DNA of 64,000 nt, taken from assembly GCA_951406725.2 (NCBI GenBank), contig OX597823.1, forward strand, positions 99,510,001 to 99,574,000, read 5' to 3'. Below the pieces are notes generated by a model, which did no database searches, was not told the DNA's origin, and worked only from the letters and a program-made list of their open reading frames with translations. The translations under genes were made by a program, and so were the position numbers. Below, piece by piece: positions 1 to 13,777 of this stretch. Position 1 is the first letter of the stretch; every line of letters starts with the position of its first letter. The stretch comes from Octopus vulgaris. Taxonomy: Eukaryota.

Positions 1-238
1 TGCCATTACTTCAAGCCCCTTTGTCAATGAAGTTAAATCCCATCATCTCAGCCATTGTGTAACTTTATTGCCTTTCCATGAATGTCTCTTCTGATTGCAA
101 CCTCTTTATATTTAACATTACGTTATCTTCGTGTTTTCTTCATTTCATCACCATAACAATTGCATCCAACTTCAGCCGATCACTGCTCCAACATCCTCCC
201 TACTTTCAACTCCAGCACAAGTGATGACTTTTTTCCCA

Positions 239-239
<1 letters not shown>

Positions 240-291
<52 letters not shown>

Positions 292-345
292 ATTATTATC
301 ATTATTATTATTATCATTATTGCTACTACTACTACTACTACAACA
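240..345. repeat. (ATT)n/(ACT)n trinucleotide microsatellite
   Basis: Directly visible tandem ATT then ACT/ACA units; this explains the poly-I and poly-N ORFs at 160-381. Confidence 0.95.
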
Positions 346-351
346 ACCATG

Positions 352-572
352 AAAGCAGTGAACTGATAGAATTGTTAACATGCCACAAGAAGTTGTTAGT
401 GGTATTTATTTCATCTGTTTACACATTCTGAGTTCAAATTCTGTCAAGGTCAACTTTGCCTTCTATCCATTTGGGGTTGATAAATTAAGTACCAGTTGCG
501 TACTGTGGTTAATGTAATTCACTATATCCTACCCCCCACATTTCAGGCCTTGTGCCTATATAAGAAAGGATA
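352..572 (+). mobile_element. tRNA-derived SINE family A, degenerate copy
   Basis: Contains ttctgagttcaaattc (B-box-like), gtcaactttgcctt and gataaattaagtaccagtt, shared with better copies at 23134 and 50168. Confidence 0.8.
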
Positions 573-1847
573 ATTATTATTACCATGGCAAACATTACAA
601 TAATGACTCCAAGCACCTTTATTACTAACGATGCTGCTCCTGCCATTATTCTAACTTGTGATCACTGCAGGTATCCTCATCACCACTAAAAAGGATAATA
701 GCCTCCATTACATCATCATTACCTATATCACTCAATAGTTTTATTTAAAAATGATTTAAGAATTGAATTAATGCCATAATATTCCTAATTAAATATCTGT
801 ACGTGCAATTATTTATGTTATGGCCCACCATTGGTCTCATACGATAAAAGACATAATGGTTCATTGAGCAAAGTCCTGTTTGATGGTCCTTCTGCTTGTG
901 AGTGTCCATCTCACAAAAAATATTACATTTAATTTATAAGCAAGTTATTTAGTTTTCTCACTCTACAATAGTCTTAAAATCATACATATTGCAGTTATTT
1001 CTTTGTTTTGTAGAAAGTATTTAGGATAATGCTATCTCCATAATATCTTGCTTAGATAATCGTTTGTTCAAAATTTAATTAAGCACGAGCACATATTTGG
1101 ATAATTTCAATCAAAGGTATTGCTTTTCAACTGATTCTTAAATTCACAATAATCCTAAATAAGATTAACAATGCACATTTCTGTGTCAAAGACCCTACAT
1201 AGGCCAGTTATCAAAGCCATCGAAACTAAAATAGATTTGTCTATTAATACCACTGCCACTGCCATAGTCACTACCGAAAACAAAAAATAGCCACAACAAC
1301 TACATTATTCATTTGGCAGTTTATTGTCCAAGAATGACCATCTTTCCAACTGCAGCTCAAATGATTGCAACAGCAAAATGTAATTCAGCATAAAGTGTTA
1401 TGGATTTGGAAGGAATCCAAAAACGATGTGAATTGATTGTTTGAAGCAGATATGGAAAATTTTACTGGAAAGGAATAGTAATAGAGAAATGCTGCTCCCT
1501 TTGTTTTTTTCCAACTTGTTTCTATTTATTTTCATCTGGGAGATAAATATATTTTAGTCTATTAAGAGTGTATCTGAAACATATATATATATTTGTGTAT
1601 CTATATTGGTGCATTACATCTGGTATTGGAAACATTTCATTACCCCACCCCTACATCCTACCTATACTGCCTTACTGGCTATTTGATATCAACATCCATC
1701 ACTCATTCTCGTCATTAATCCACCTCTTGCAGTCCATTCTTTCCTCAGCCCTATCCGTGCTAATTCTGGTGCCACAATCAAATCCATTCAGTACACTCTG
1801 CTTTGTGTAGGCATTTGAGAATCCTTTAATCCTGTTAAAGACATAAT

Positions 1848-2039
1848 AGTGCCGGCACCACGAAAAAATGCATCGAGTACACTTTGTAAAATGACTGGCA
1901 TTTGAAAGGACATTCAGCTGTCGAATCCATGCCAGAAATGGAACTTACAAGTGATTCCCCCAACCCATCAGTGAGAGCCGGCTGATCTTGTTGAACCTAT
2001 ACCAGCATGGAAAGAAAACTTAAAATGACAATGATGATA
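1848..2039 (+). mobile_element. Degenerate RTE-type 3' tail fragment
   Basis: Diverged match to the 55990-56177 tail (ggca..gaagg.cat.cagctgt...ccagcatggaa...gatgat). Confidence 0.55.
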
Positions 2040-2587
2040 AGAGTTCTTTGTGATTAAGATGTCTTTCAAACTATTTAATAAGCTATCAGAAATGGTAGAA
2101 GACTGGCTTAAATGCCATACTCTATTTCCTTTAATTCCTCTCTGTTCTGATCTAAAATCTGAACCTAAAACACTTATACGATTAGATGGGATCCAATATT
2201 AAACAGACCAAATCATCATACATAAAGATAATTTCCTAAATTGGTGACAGAGTTAAGAACTGTCTTTTTGTCTTTTTTTGGTATTTTGTGTGTGTAAGCA
2301 CACTTGCTGAGTCTGTGACTTTTTCAAGCCATCTGCAAAAGGCAAGCTCAATGCTGCTCTGTTTAAACCACTTGTAGGTCAACACTTCTAGGAAAGGCTT
2401 CAACAAAGAGAAGATTCTAGAGGGACAATAATTTGAAGAGGAAGGCCTGAATGTAGTAGTTAGTGTGGAGTTAGGGAAGGGTTTTCGATGTAACAAGGAT
2501 GGTGAAATGGGGAAGGAGATCTGAATGTACTAATTGAAAAAATCCTTTTCAAATTTCAAATTTCCATTTGAGTTATGCTGTTTTGCT

Positions 2588-2655
<68 letters not shown>

Positions 2656-5600
2656 AATATATATATAAAAATGTGCCATTGATTTCTGAAGGCTTATTCA
2701 ATTATCTGATATTTCTTTCTAATGATGATGACCCTTCTCAGACTGACCATGTTTGTGCTATCTCCCAGAACAGGGATAGAATTCATGTGAGAATTCTGAT
2801 ACTAGCATTGAAATGTAATTTGGTCTAATTAGCACATCAATACCTCCTTTAATTAGCTTCAACTACACAATTTTCTTTTGTCTTTTTATCTTTTCTCTCT
2901 CTCTCTCTCTCACTGCTTATCTATTATATAGATCTGTTATTGTTGTTGTTCTTCCAGCGATCATTGAGATGAGCCTCATTACACCACATCAAGAATCTCA
3001 GTCGCCCCCACCCAACCGTTTTGGTAGGTCCTCAGTTTCCTGTTATGTGTCTCAGCCAATAACCTCAATATGGTGAGTAATCTTTGTCCTCTATTAAGGG
3101 ATGGAAATTTCAAAAAGCCTAACACCTAATATGGCCTGGTGTTCAGCATGACAGCAGTGACCAACTAAGCCTACCTGGCATTAAGGAACAGCAGCAGAGG
3201 GGGTGGAATGAGTTCGTAAGTCTACACATTGGTCTTGTGATCATGCCATGAGATTTTTTGAGTACTTACGAGAAGCTTGATGTCCATATTAATCATCAAA
3301 ACAATCTTAAAGTTCCTTCTTCATAATCCAGCTTTTGGCTCCAAGAATTCTGAGCACCTCACATTCCTTCTCTGCTGCATGGCATGCTGTCCCAAGACTT
3401 CTACTTTTAAATGTTTGATTCCACTTTTAAAGATGGCTTTTTTTCATTGGTTGTTTGTATTGCTACTTCAATGGGAATTCAGTAATTTAATAATTATTTT
3501 CTTATTTTGTGTTGTTGAGTGTCACTTGTAATTTTATTAATGTCATAATCCGTTTTGGAAGACAAATTATGACATTAACGAACTTGTAGTGGTGGCCACA
3601 CAGAAAGGAATGATCTTGTTGCTATTTATATTGTTACAAAGAGATGCACAGACTTTTTAAAATTGCATTTGTTATTCAATGGCAATTGCAGATGTCTGCA
3701 GGCATTTGCTCGTTCATATCTGTCCTTGGGATGTTCTTTTGTAGTTTTTGTTTAGTAACTCTCTTCACTTTCTTCTGTTTTAGTCATGGAGGCCCAAAAT
3801 AAAAACAGAGGTGGTACGACTAGTTGTTGGGAGTGACAAAGGGATGTGTGCGATCAGGAATTTGGTTGCAGGGATCAGAATTGTTAGTGTTTATTGCTGA
3901 ATACATTGATGTATCTAGGGTGATGTCAGTTATAGTGGTTTCTGCTGAGGATGATGATGATGACAACCAAGTTCATTGTGAATTGTTAATTTAAGTGATT
4001 TAAGAAAAAAAAAATTCTTTGTCTTATCAATTTGTTGTTTTTATTTTGTGTTCCTATTTCTTTCTCTAATCTTTGAATTATGAAATTTCGTCTTTTTGCG
4101 GTGGGCGAGTGGAGGTGTATGTTGTGTTATCTATCAGTTAATATAGGATTTTCATCAGTTTCCAAATAAAATATTTTACTTGTGACTTAGTCAAGTTTCT
4201 TATGTTCTTTGAGACAATTTAAATAAACTACTCAAGAAGCCATTATTGAACTAAAATGCAGTTGAGACAGTGCCTGGTTAGCTTTCCTTATCCTGTGCTT
4301 TATGTTTAGTTTGAACCCTCAATTTCGATTTCTCCTCTAGATGAGTTCTACACTTTATTCCTCTCAGTTGATAAGTAAAGGTAATATAGTCAAATACAAC
4401 TTCCCCCTATTTCTTCCCTCCCTTTTATGCTATTATACTTAAGGGGGCCATAGACATTATAGCATTGGTAACATTTGCTTTCTGATATCTTACATGGTGA
4501 TTATTCCAAATTCAAATACTTTGCTTTTCATCTCTAGTTAGAAAATAAATATCAGTTTTATAAAGTGTGCAATTTGACTACAATATTTTAATTTTTTTTT
4601 TTTTATAAAGAAGAGATTTTTTTTGTGCCTCAGTAAAAGCAATCATTATATTAACTACAAGTATTGTATTGTGCTCTGAAGTAAGATAATTCTACTTTGT
4701 CTGAGGTTCCATGGCTATTAAACAAATCATTATTATCCTAAATGTATTGTGAATTGTTTTGGCTATTCTCATTGTTTGGGTTTGAATTATTATCCTTATC
4801 ATCAAAATTGTCATTACAAAACAGTTCTTTTTGTGTGTGCATCTATACAATAATTTGGTGGTAAGTCTTCATAAACCATCTTTCTAATTTCAAGTTCAGT
4901 AACTATACTTCTCTCATGAGAAACGTATAAAGATCATAATTCCGATTTCAACTCTCTTAATATTCTCAGGCATTATGCTTATGTAATAAAACATAATGCA
5001 TTTTCATTTATATCTATTTCAATCCCATTTATATTGTAATAGCTGCGTTTTGCCACCATATTACTTGATATTTCTGATTCTAGTTATTTTCTTGAATAAC
5101 AAAAATTACTTTAGAGTGGCCATTTTTAAAAAAATCATCTCTTAACATACCATTTACCAGCAACATTCAATGAATTCTTGATTTTCTTGTCACCTGTCTG
5201 TCTTCTTTTCTTTTACAACTTCTATTTTAAACTATTTTAATTCAATTTTCATATTTTCACATCACCCCATCTACATCTTTATCAGTTTTAACAGATGTTT
5301 ACTTCATACCAGATACTTTAGTTGGATCTGTGCAATAATTACTTTCCATTGATCATTTCATATATGAGACTTTTCCTCTTAAAATATAATCTAAATATTT
5401 CTTGTATCTAGTTTCCCTCTTACCTGCTATTCCAAATGATGTCATCAACAGGTATTATCTATTCTCATTATAACTCTGTATCTACTGTCAAGAAGTGGGA
5501 TAGTGTTAGGGATCAACAGATACTGCCTTTGGTACCTTACACTGGCAGAATACGAGTTAAGTGTACCTTATACTATTTCATTTGCCCCTTTGTATTCTAT

Positions 5601-5993
5601 TTTTCAAATTCTGCTACTTGACTTTACCTTTGGCCCTTCAGAGGCTTTCATAGCTTCTAGACCAACAATATCCCATTCCCTTGATAAAAATTGATCACGT
5701 CCCTAGTCATAAATTATGTTTTCGTCAAATTCACTCATCTTGCTCATTTACATTTATTCATATTAAATTTGTTTGATGCTCACTAAATTTCTTCTATCAG
5801 GTTTTTATAAATATTTTATCGCCCCCCCCCCCCCGATCCTCACCAATTACCTTTAATCTTAGAGAAATAAGTATTAAGTATCAGTTCATTATCAGAGTAA
5901 TTAAGCATGGTTTATGTTTTTAGCTTTCTAAGTTTCTGAAATAATAATAGTAATAATGATGATGATGATGATGGTGGTGGTGGCAGCAGTACC

Positions 5994-6223
5994 TATTTCT
6001 TTACTACCCACAAGGGGCTAAACACAGAGAGGACAAACAAGGACAGACAGATGGATTAAGTCGATTATATCAACCCAGTGCGTAACTGGTACTTAATTTA
6101 TTGACTCCGAAAGGATGAAAGGCAAAGTCAACCTCAGCAGAACTTGAACTCAGAACGTAATGGAAGACGAAATACGGCTATGCATTTCACCCAGTATGCT
6201 AACGTTTCTGCCAGCTCGCCGCC
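5994..6223 (-). mobile_element. tRNA-derived SINE family A, full length
   Basis: Reverse complement of the 23134-23364 element, from the ggcggcgagctggcagaaacgttagca head to the gtgggtagtaaagaaata tail. Confidence 0.9.
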
Positions 6224-6836
6224 TTCAGCGGGGATACTTTTAATTTCACTCCTTTCAGGCTTTTTTTTTTCTATTTGCAAATATAAACACAAGTTTGTAA
6301 TAATTATCAGTTTGGTCAGCAACATCAATGAAAACCCAGTGAAATATTAAAGTATTGTGTTTGGAAACAATGTGTTAAACTGTTTAAATTTAAAAAATAA
6401 CAGGAATTCAGACACACAAATCAGTATTAATTTTGTAGTTTAGTTTACTTTGCCATTTACCTTCTTCTTAGTGTCATCCATTCATTTATTATCCTGGTAA
6501 AATCTCACTTTCTAAGTTTCTGCATAGTTGAACTGTGTTATTTTGAAGAAAAGCTAGTTTTATTCAAAGCTTTCTTCGAAGAAAAAGAAAAAGCCCCCCA
6601 CCCATCCACCCAATCCCATTTCATTTCTCTGGATGACTTGTGCTATCTTTATTTCATTCTACTCTGAATTCCAATCTTCCAAAGTTATATATATTTGTGT
6701 ATTTGTATGAGTGCATACATATATGTGTGCATGTGAGTGTATGCATATTTATTATGTGTATGTGATATCACATACAAATATATATATATATACACACACA
6801 CACATGTATGTATGTATGTGTGTGTGTGTGCATGTT

Positions 6837-6869
<33 letters not shown>

Positions 6870-6984
6870 GAAAAATACAAAATAGGATAAGAATGCAAAA
6901 CATCCAGATAGACAATACAAAGAAAACAAGGACGGGTCATTCGAAGTTTTCTTTTTTCAGTCAAGCACCAGATTATCCTTGCAT

Positions 6985-8330
6985 GGTCTTTGCAGTACAG
7001 CAGGTACAAGAGAAGTGCCAAAAACAAAACCAGAACCTCTACATCTTTTTCATGGACCTCACGAAAGCTTTTGACACTGCCAGCTGAGAGGGCCTGTGGG
7101 ATATCTTGTCCAAGCTGGGATGCCCACCAAAGCTCGTCAGGATCATCCAGTCATTTCATGATGGCATGATGGCTCGCATGGTGGAAAACAGAGATGTCTC
7201 TGATCCATTCCTGGTCTCCAATGGTGTGAAGCAAGGCTGCATGATGGCTCCCACACTCTTCAGCCTCATGTTTGCCACCATGCTCTTCTGCACCCTGTCA
7301 AAGTCTGATGCTGGTGTCACTATTTGCTACAGATGTGATGTCTGACGGCAAAAACCAAAGACTTGGACGCCCTAGTGAAGGACTTCCTGTTTGCAGAGGA
7401 TTGTGCGCTTGCAGCATTAAATGAACCAGGTCTGAAAGAACTCACTGCTTGTCTCGCAGAAGCAGCAAAAGCCTTCGGACTGACCATTAGCCTGTGAAAA
7501 ACTGAAGTGATGCTTCAGCCTGCACCTGGCCTTACACCTCCTGAGCCTCAGATCGTGATTGAGAGCACAACTCTGAACAACGGGGAGAGCTTTACATCCC
7601 TGGGAAGCTGCCTGTCCTCAAACTGCAGCATGGACAAAGATGTCTCCATGAGGCTTGCAAAAGCAGGAGCTTCATTTGGCAGACTTTGGACATGTGTGTG
7701 AGCCGAACGAGGCATCAGACTTTCCACCAATCTGGCAGTCTATGGGGCAATCGTCATCACCTCTCTGCTCTACGGTTGTGGGACGTGGATGCTGTATAGG
7801 AAGCAAATGTGAGTACTTGACCAGTTCCACCTCTGCTGCTTGCGATGAATCATGTGAATTTCCTGGGAGGACAGAGTCTCCAACACTGAGGTGTTTTGCA
7901 GAGCCGAAATGCCCGGGATTGAAGCCCTCATCATGAAGGCCTAGCTCCGGTGGGTCAGACATGTAGTCCGAATGGATGACACGCATCTACCAAAGATGAT
8001 CTTCTTCTCTGAGCTGGCTTCTGGAGCAAAAAACCCTGGAAGGCCACTGAGGTGATACAAGGACAGCCTGAAGACTTCCCTTGAGGCCTGCGGCATTTCA
8101 GCCCATGGCTGGGAATTGCTTGCCTCTGACTGCGGGGCCTGGCATCCAGCTGTCCAAAAGAGTATTAGGCTGTTTAAGGAAAAGAGCCTCAAGAGCCTGG
8201 ATCAGAAGTGACAAGCCCGAAAAGAGAGGATCCCCAACCCTACTTCTACTGTTATGTGCCCAACATGTGGCAGCGTTTGTGTGTCCGCCTTTGGATTACG
8301 CTCCCACCTCTGGTGTCACTGACGTCATTG
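6985..8330 (+). mobile_element. 5'-truncated, pseudogenised RTE-clade LINE (BovB/RTE-1-like RT, second RTE family)
   Basis: ORF fragments QEKCQKQNQNLYIFFMDLTKAFDT and SKLGCPPKLVRIIQSFHDGM..NGVKQGCMMAPTLF, an FAED-like motif near 7390, and a C-terminal CPTC..H..H zinc finger near 8256-8320. Many stops and frameshifts. Confidence 0.9.
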
Positions 8331-8464
8331 TCTGTTCTTATCAAAATTGTCAATAAGTAAATATTACTTAAAAACATAAATCACTTGCCAAGAGATATGC
8401 AGATGTGCAACTTATATAGTGAAAATATACTTGAAGTGTGTTGTGTATACATACATACATATTC

Positions 8465-8509
<45 letters not shown>

Positions 8510-9429
8510 AAAATAAGTTTAATGATAAGCATTGAATTTAAACTATTTACTTTATTATGCTTGTATAAAATGTTTTCCTTCCAGATATGAGAGACAGATT
8601 TCTCTTTGACCATTGTTGATTCCATTTTCTTTTCACAGATTATGATTGCTCTTGATAGCATTAATGTTTGTCTTGTCGAGTGGTTTCCAATACAACCAAA
8701 ACCTTTGCATGTTTCTCTTTGTTTTGGGTTTTCTAACTTCTTGTTGAATAATGGAGTAACGTATGTGATAAGGTTTGCATATATCAGATTTATATCTGGT
8801 GATGTGCACAGTACTAGGATCATATCACTAGGTTTATATCAGGTGAACTGGTCCTGATATTCCCTTTTTATTTAGCTGAGAATATAATAATAATAAGAAG
8901 AATCCAATTTTTTTTACTGAATTCACGAACTGCTTTTTTTTTTTGTTCCTTTTATTTTTAATTGTTTTATTCTTAATCCAGAAAATGTCTCCTCTTTGTG
9001 GTGCCTATTCTTGTTGGAATATTTCTATGTCTGCTTGAAGAGGAAAGAAGTTATATCAACATTCCAATGCTAGGCCTCTGTATTTAATTTTTGTTATCTT
9101 CAAGCAAAAGTTTATTTGTTAAAGGAAAATTGAAGTAACAGCATGAATATTACCAAGATTGTGCCAAAATGTAAAAGTAGGCATAATTTTTTGTTACTTG
9201 CCACAGGTCACTGAAATTGCTTATGTGTGCAGATCAGCTCCTCCTCTTCAGTAACTCTTCTTCCTGTGCTTCTTCATGGCAGGCAAATAATGAGCATAAA
9301 AAGAATCAATATACCATTATCAAATTCTTGATGAAGGTGGGGGATGCAGGTTGTCCAACATACTTAGAAGGCTACATCCATCCATACAGGAATGTCCTTT
9401 ATGGCCACACCCCTTCCACTCCTTCTCCT

Positions 9430-9712
9430 AGCTGAGAGGTCTTTGTCTTGCAGGTGCCGGTGCCACATAAGTGTGGCACTCGAGCCAGTGCCACATTAAA
9501 AATGCATTCATGCTTGTGCTATGTAAATGCACCCAGCACACTCTGTAAAGTGGATAGGGTTAGAAATGACAGCCAACCATGGAAACCAAGCCAAATCCGA
9601 TGGGAGCCTGATGCAGTTCTCTGACTTACCAGCTCCTGTCAAATTATCCAACCCATGCCAGCATGAAAAACAGACGTTAAATGAAGATGATGACGACGAT
9701 GATGATGATGAT
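9430..9712 (+). mobile_element. RTE-type 3' tail fragment ending in (GAT)n
   Basis: gtgccggtgcc.. units, aacccatgccagcatgaaaa..acgttaaatgaagatgatgac, homologous to 55900-56177. Confidence 0.75.
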
Positions 9713-9716
9713 TTGA

Positions 9717-9950
9717 GGTAGCAAGATGGCTGAACCCTTAGTGTGTTAGAAAAATGTTTAACATTTCTTCCAGCTCTTTACATTGTGAGTTCAAATTCTG
9801 CTGAGGTTGACTTTAGCTTTTGTCCTTACAGGGTCAATAGAATAAGGTTCTATTAGTTGCTTATGTTGACCCCAGTTCTTTGGGGTCAACATAAGCAACT
9901 AATAGACTCCCTCTAAAAATTACTAGCCTTTTGCCAAAATGAGAAATAAT
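9717..9950 (+). mobile_element. SINE family A, degenerate, containing a perfect 26 bp hairpin
   Basis: gagttcaaattctgctgaggttgacttt core; inverted repeat 9849-9874 / 9881-9906. Confidence 0.75.
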
Positions 9951-11644
9951 ATCTACTTATTTATTTTGCAGTATCACTGTTTCCAGTCTTAAGAGCTGCA
10001 AATTAAATCTTTAGATTGACCAAGTGGACAACAAGCTTCCTGTAAAGTCTCCCTGGGTCCTGAAGATCATTTACAAGCAGAAAGTGTCTCATCTGAATTT
10101 AGTATCACCAATGTTGTTGTTGTTGTTATCATCATCATCAACACTACTATTACCATAACTCTTGTATTTTGTTGGGGCTTTTCCCCCCTTTATTCTTCTT
10201 TGCTTGATAAACTATTCATATTAATTGAGGACAATTTAATTGCCTCTGCTCACTCCTTCAAATATGTCTTTGTGCTTAAATAAAAAAAATCATCATCATC
10301 ATCATTGAGATAATAACTTTAATAATAATAATAATAATGGTTCATTTGAAGATCATTATTTCCTGTCCTCCTCCTCCTCCTCCTCATTATATGTCTGTCT
10401 TTCAGTTCTGATTAGGTGAAGATTTTCAATTCCACTTATTCTAAGACCATATATGACTTGAACTCATGAACTTTGGCTCTGTGTCACTGGGTAACAAACA
10501 CCTGAACTAGAGTATATTTACAAGCTGACCTCAGAAAGGAAATAGATTCATATGGGACAATGAAAGGGTAACAGATCTGGGTAGCTGCTGTCTTTGTGAG
10601 AGAAGGAAAGGAAACAAACAAACAAACAAAAAAAAACTTAATGGAATGTTGATAATTCTAACATGAAATGTAATTAAATACATCTTGATTACTGCTGTTA
10701 GACTGATTGGTTTGACGTTGCACTGGCTGTGTGGTGAAAGTGTTGCACTTACAACATATGCATTACAGGTCCATGTCTTTGCTGTTGGCTCAGCATTAAC
10801 GTATGACTGGCCAAGGTTTTTACTCCAATTATTTCACTTCACCAAGCCACGAAATTGATAAAAGAAAGAAAACTGTAATTTTTTTTTTACTGTTTCTTTT
10901 TTTTTGGGGGGGGGGGAGGGGGGTTCATTTTCCTGTTCAACAATGAGTTCTTTGATTTTCATAATTCCATGGTTACAGAGATAAGTTCTAACACAAAAAG
11001 TTATCAGTGGTTAGGAAAAAAGCTTATTTTCAGCATACATACCATCAAACTTTTGGTCAGAAAATATATATATAAGCCTTAGTATGGGTAACTTCATCGA
11101 GATAATTAAGAGAGATTAGCATCTTACCTACGAATGAATGTTGTTGTAAAGCAAAATGAACGAAGGATAGAACCAAAGAATCATTGTGGCTGGTGGAAGG
11201 GTAGGACATTTAGATACCATAAAGCCTATATTAAACTATAATGTTTTATAAATCTGTGAAAGTAAACACATACACATAGAGTGTTCTAGTTAATGTCTAA
11301 ACACTTTGAACAAGATATGCAAGTCAATTATTAATATTTATATTTCTGTGTTCTGTTATCTGTATTGCATATTCAGGTCATTGCAATTTCTGAACAGCTT
11401 AAAATACATTTATGTTCTTTTGCAGATTTATTTATATGTATGTACGAGCGTATTTATCTGTGTATGTCTCCTCACATACATATAAGCTACATTCAGTTTC
11501 TCTTAGGTTGTTTTAATAAATATCCATCATTATCATCTTCATCCTTTTAATATCTGTTTTCACACTTGCATGGGTAAGAGTATGATGGGGGTAGAGTTAC
11601 CTACAGCTGGATGCCTTCCTTTCATCAGCCTCCAACATGTACAT

Positions 11645-12372
11645 ACATAACAGAGTGTAAGAACGCTGAGAAAAAAGTTGGGCATAAGAGGCATCAGATG
11701 CAGTGTGCAAGAGAGGTGACTGTACTGGTATGGATGAGGACAGCTGTGTGAGGAAGTGCCACTCCCTATCAAAGGAAGGTTAACTTTGTGTGTGGCAGAT
11801 GCACAGGGGCAATAAACACTGAAGATGTACAGAAAACAGATTCTAACACATGCCAGTAAGAGTTGTTAATAGCTTCTGCTACCTAAGCGACCAAGTCTGT
11901 AATGGGAGTGGATGCTTTGAGAGTGTAGCAGCTAGAATAAGAATAGCCTGGGCAAAGTGTAGGGAGCTTCTGCCTCTGTAGGCAACAAAGTGCCTCTCGC
12001 TCAGGATGAAAGGTAGACTATATGATACATATGTGTGAACTGCCACTGCCATGCTACACAGCAATGAAACATGGGCCATGACTTCCAAGGACATACATAG
12101 GCTTGAAAGAAATGAAGCTAGTATGTTTCACTGGATGTTCAATGTCAGTGAGTGTACATGATGCCAGTACTCCGTGACTGGCTCCTGTGCTGGTGGCATG
12201 TAACAAGCACCCACTACACTCTTGGAGTGGTTGGTGTTAGGAAGGTCATTCAGCTGTAGAAACATTGCCAGATCAGATTGGAGCCTGGTGCAGCCTCCTG
12301 GCTTGCCAGTCCTCAGTCAAACCGTCCAACACATGCCAGCATTGAAAACGGACATTAAATGATGATGATGAT
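11645..12372 (+). mobile_element. Rearranged RTE LINE 3' fragments with (GAT)n tail
   Basis: Segments homologous to 55370-55510, then 54970-55370, then the tail of the large RTE, in scrambled order. Confidence 0.85.
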
Positions 12373-12422
12373 ATATATATATATATATATATATAAATGC
12401 ATGTATGTACATACCTACCTAC

Positions 12423-12424
<2 letters not shown>

Positions 12425-12516
<92 letters not shown>
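12425..12516. repeat. Long perfect (CA)n microsatellite
   Basis: Directly visible. Confidence 0.97.
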
Positions 12517-12520
<4 letters not shown>

Positions 12521-12667
12521 AGTCAGTTGCTCATAAGTCCAAAAAAAGCACACTAAAAAAATTCCTTTTGAGCAGTGATATTCTATGCAGTTGTTGATTA
12601 TGGTGGTCAGAAAGTTACTGCTGGTTTCACATCTGTTATTGCACTTAGCAATATAGGTGACCCATCA

Positions 12668-13302
12668 GACCTATTGGCTGGATGCACATAACCACTTACT
12701 GATGGAAGTAAGAAACAGTCTTGGTCAGCATGGTGGTGAAAAAAAGACCTTGAAACAAAGTTCTTCAAAGCAGAAGTTCCATCTGGGACTGATGGAATTA
12801 ATTCCCTTTGAACAGTTCCAGCTGTATTTGAAAAGGGTCACTTTATGTACATTTTCTGTTCACTAGCCAGCAAGTGGAGAAGCCCATTTTTTGAGCTTGA
12901 CTTTCCTTGGAAGTCAATATTTTTCTTTTATTTATTATATATTTATTACACCTCTCCTCCTAACTTTTTTTTTACTTAGTTCCCTGGGAAGAAATTGGAA
13001 TAATTTTTTCGTTTTGGTTCTACTTGCAAAAGTTCTGCTTGTTTTCTTTTCCTAGTCAATGTACTCATTAGTTCAACTTTCCTTGAGGTACCGGGACATC
13101 AAAAATGTCATAAAGAAATTCCATTGGTCCTTCATGTCTTACTCTTTCTTCCATAAACCTTTTGTTCGGTTGGTTTAAATGTCTTTTGTGTTCCCACGTT
13201 TGACCTTTTACCATTTACATTATTTTCCCTAAATGTTTACGTATTATACCTTCTTCCCAAAACTTTCTTCTCCATTTCTGCATATCTTAAAAAACACCTT
13301 CC
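12668..13302 (-). mobile_element. Ty3/Gypsy remnant: pol C-terminus, PPT and start of 3' LTR
   Basis: Minus-strand translation (one frameshift, stops) gives KVFFKICRNG..WEEGIIRKHLGKIM*MVKGQTWEHKRHLNQ..PMEFLYDIFDVPVPQ..RKRK..VEPKRKNY, resembling the K02A2.6-like Gypsy post-integrase region. Polypurine tract aggaggagagg (12951-12961) is immediately followed by TGT. Confidence 0.75.
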
Positions 13303-13426
13303 CAATATAGGTGACCCATCAATTAAGAGTATGTCCTAATAGCTCACCACCATCATCTTTATCTTTCTTTCCAGTTACTTTTAACCATCTTTATAAAATG
13401 CAAGGCAGCCATCATTCTCCTCTGCA

Positions 13427-13777
13427 TTTTTTCAGTCTGTGGAGAAATGGCTAAAATTTGCCCTGTTTATAATTATACCATATGTTATGTGTATATTATA
13501 TCATACCTTGATACTGTGTGGACTAAGATTCCTGTTGACAAGCCACTGGTATTTATAGAGTGCTAAACACGTTTGGTATGCAAATTAGGGACTCCTTCAT
13601 AGAGTAACTGCTGCATTTGCTCAGTATATAAAAAGTTTGGCTACTTGTTTCTCTGGAGACTGTTAGAATGATGTAGACACCTCTGATGAGAACCCAATAA
13701 GGTTCAAAAATCGATTAAGGTTGTTCATTGTTTTTTTTTTCAGTCTGTGGAGAAATAGCTAAAATTTGCCCTGTTTA

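Noticed and set aside
8368-8823. 151 aa minus-strand ORF
   Set aside because: No recognisable domain; runs through a TA microsatellite; no clear splice signals.
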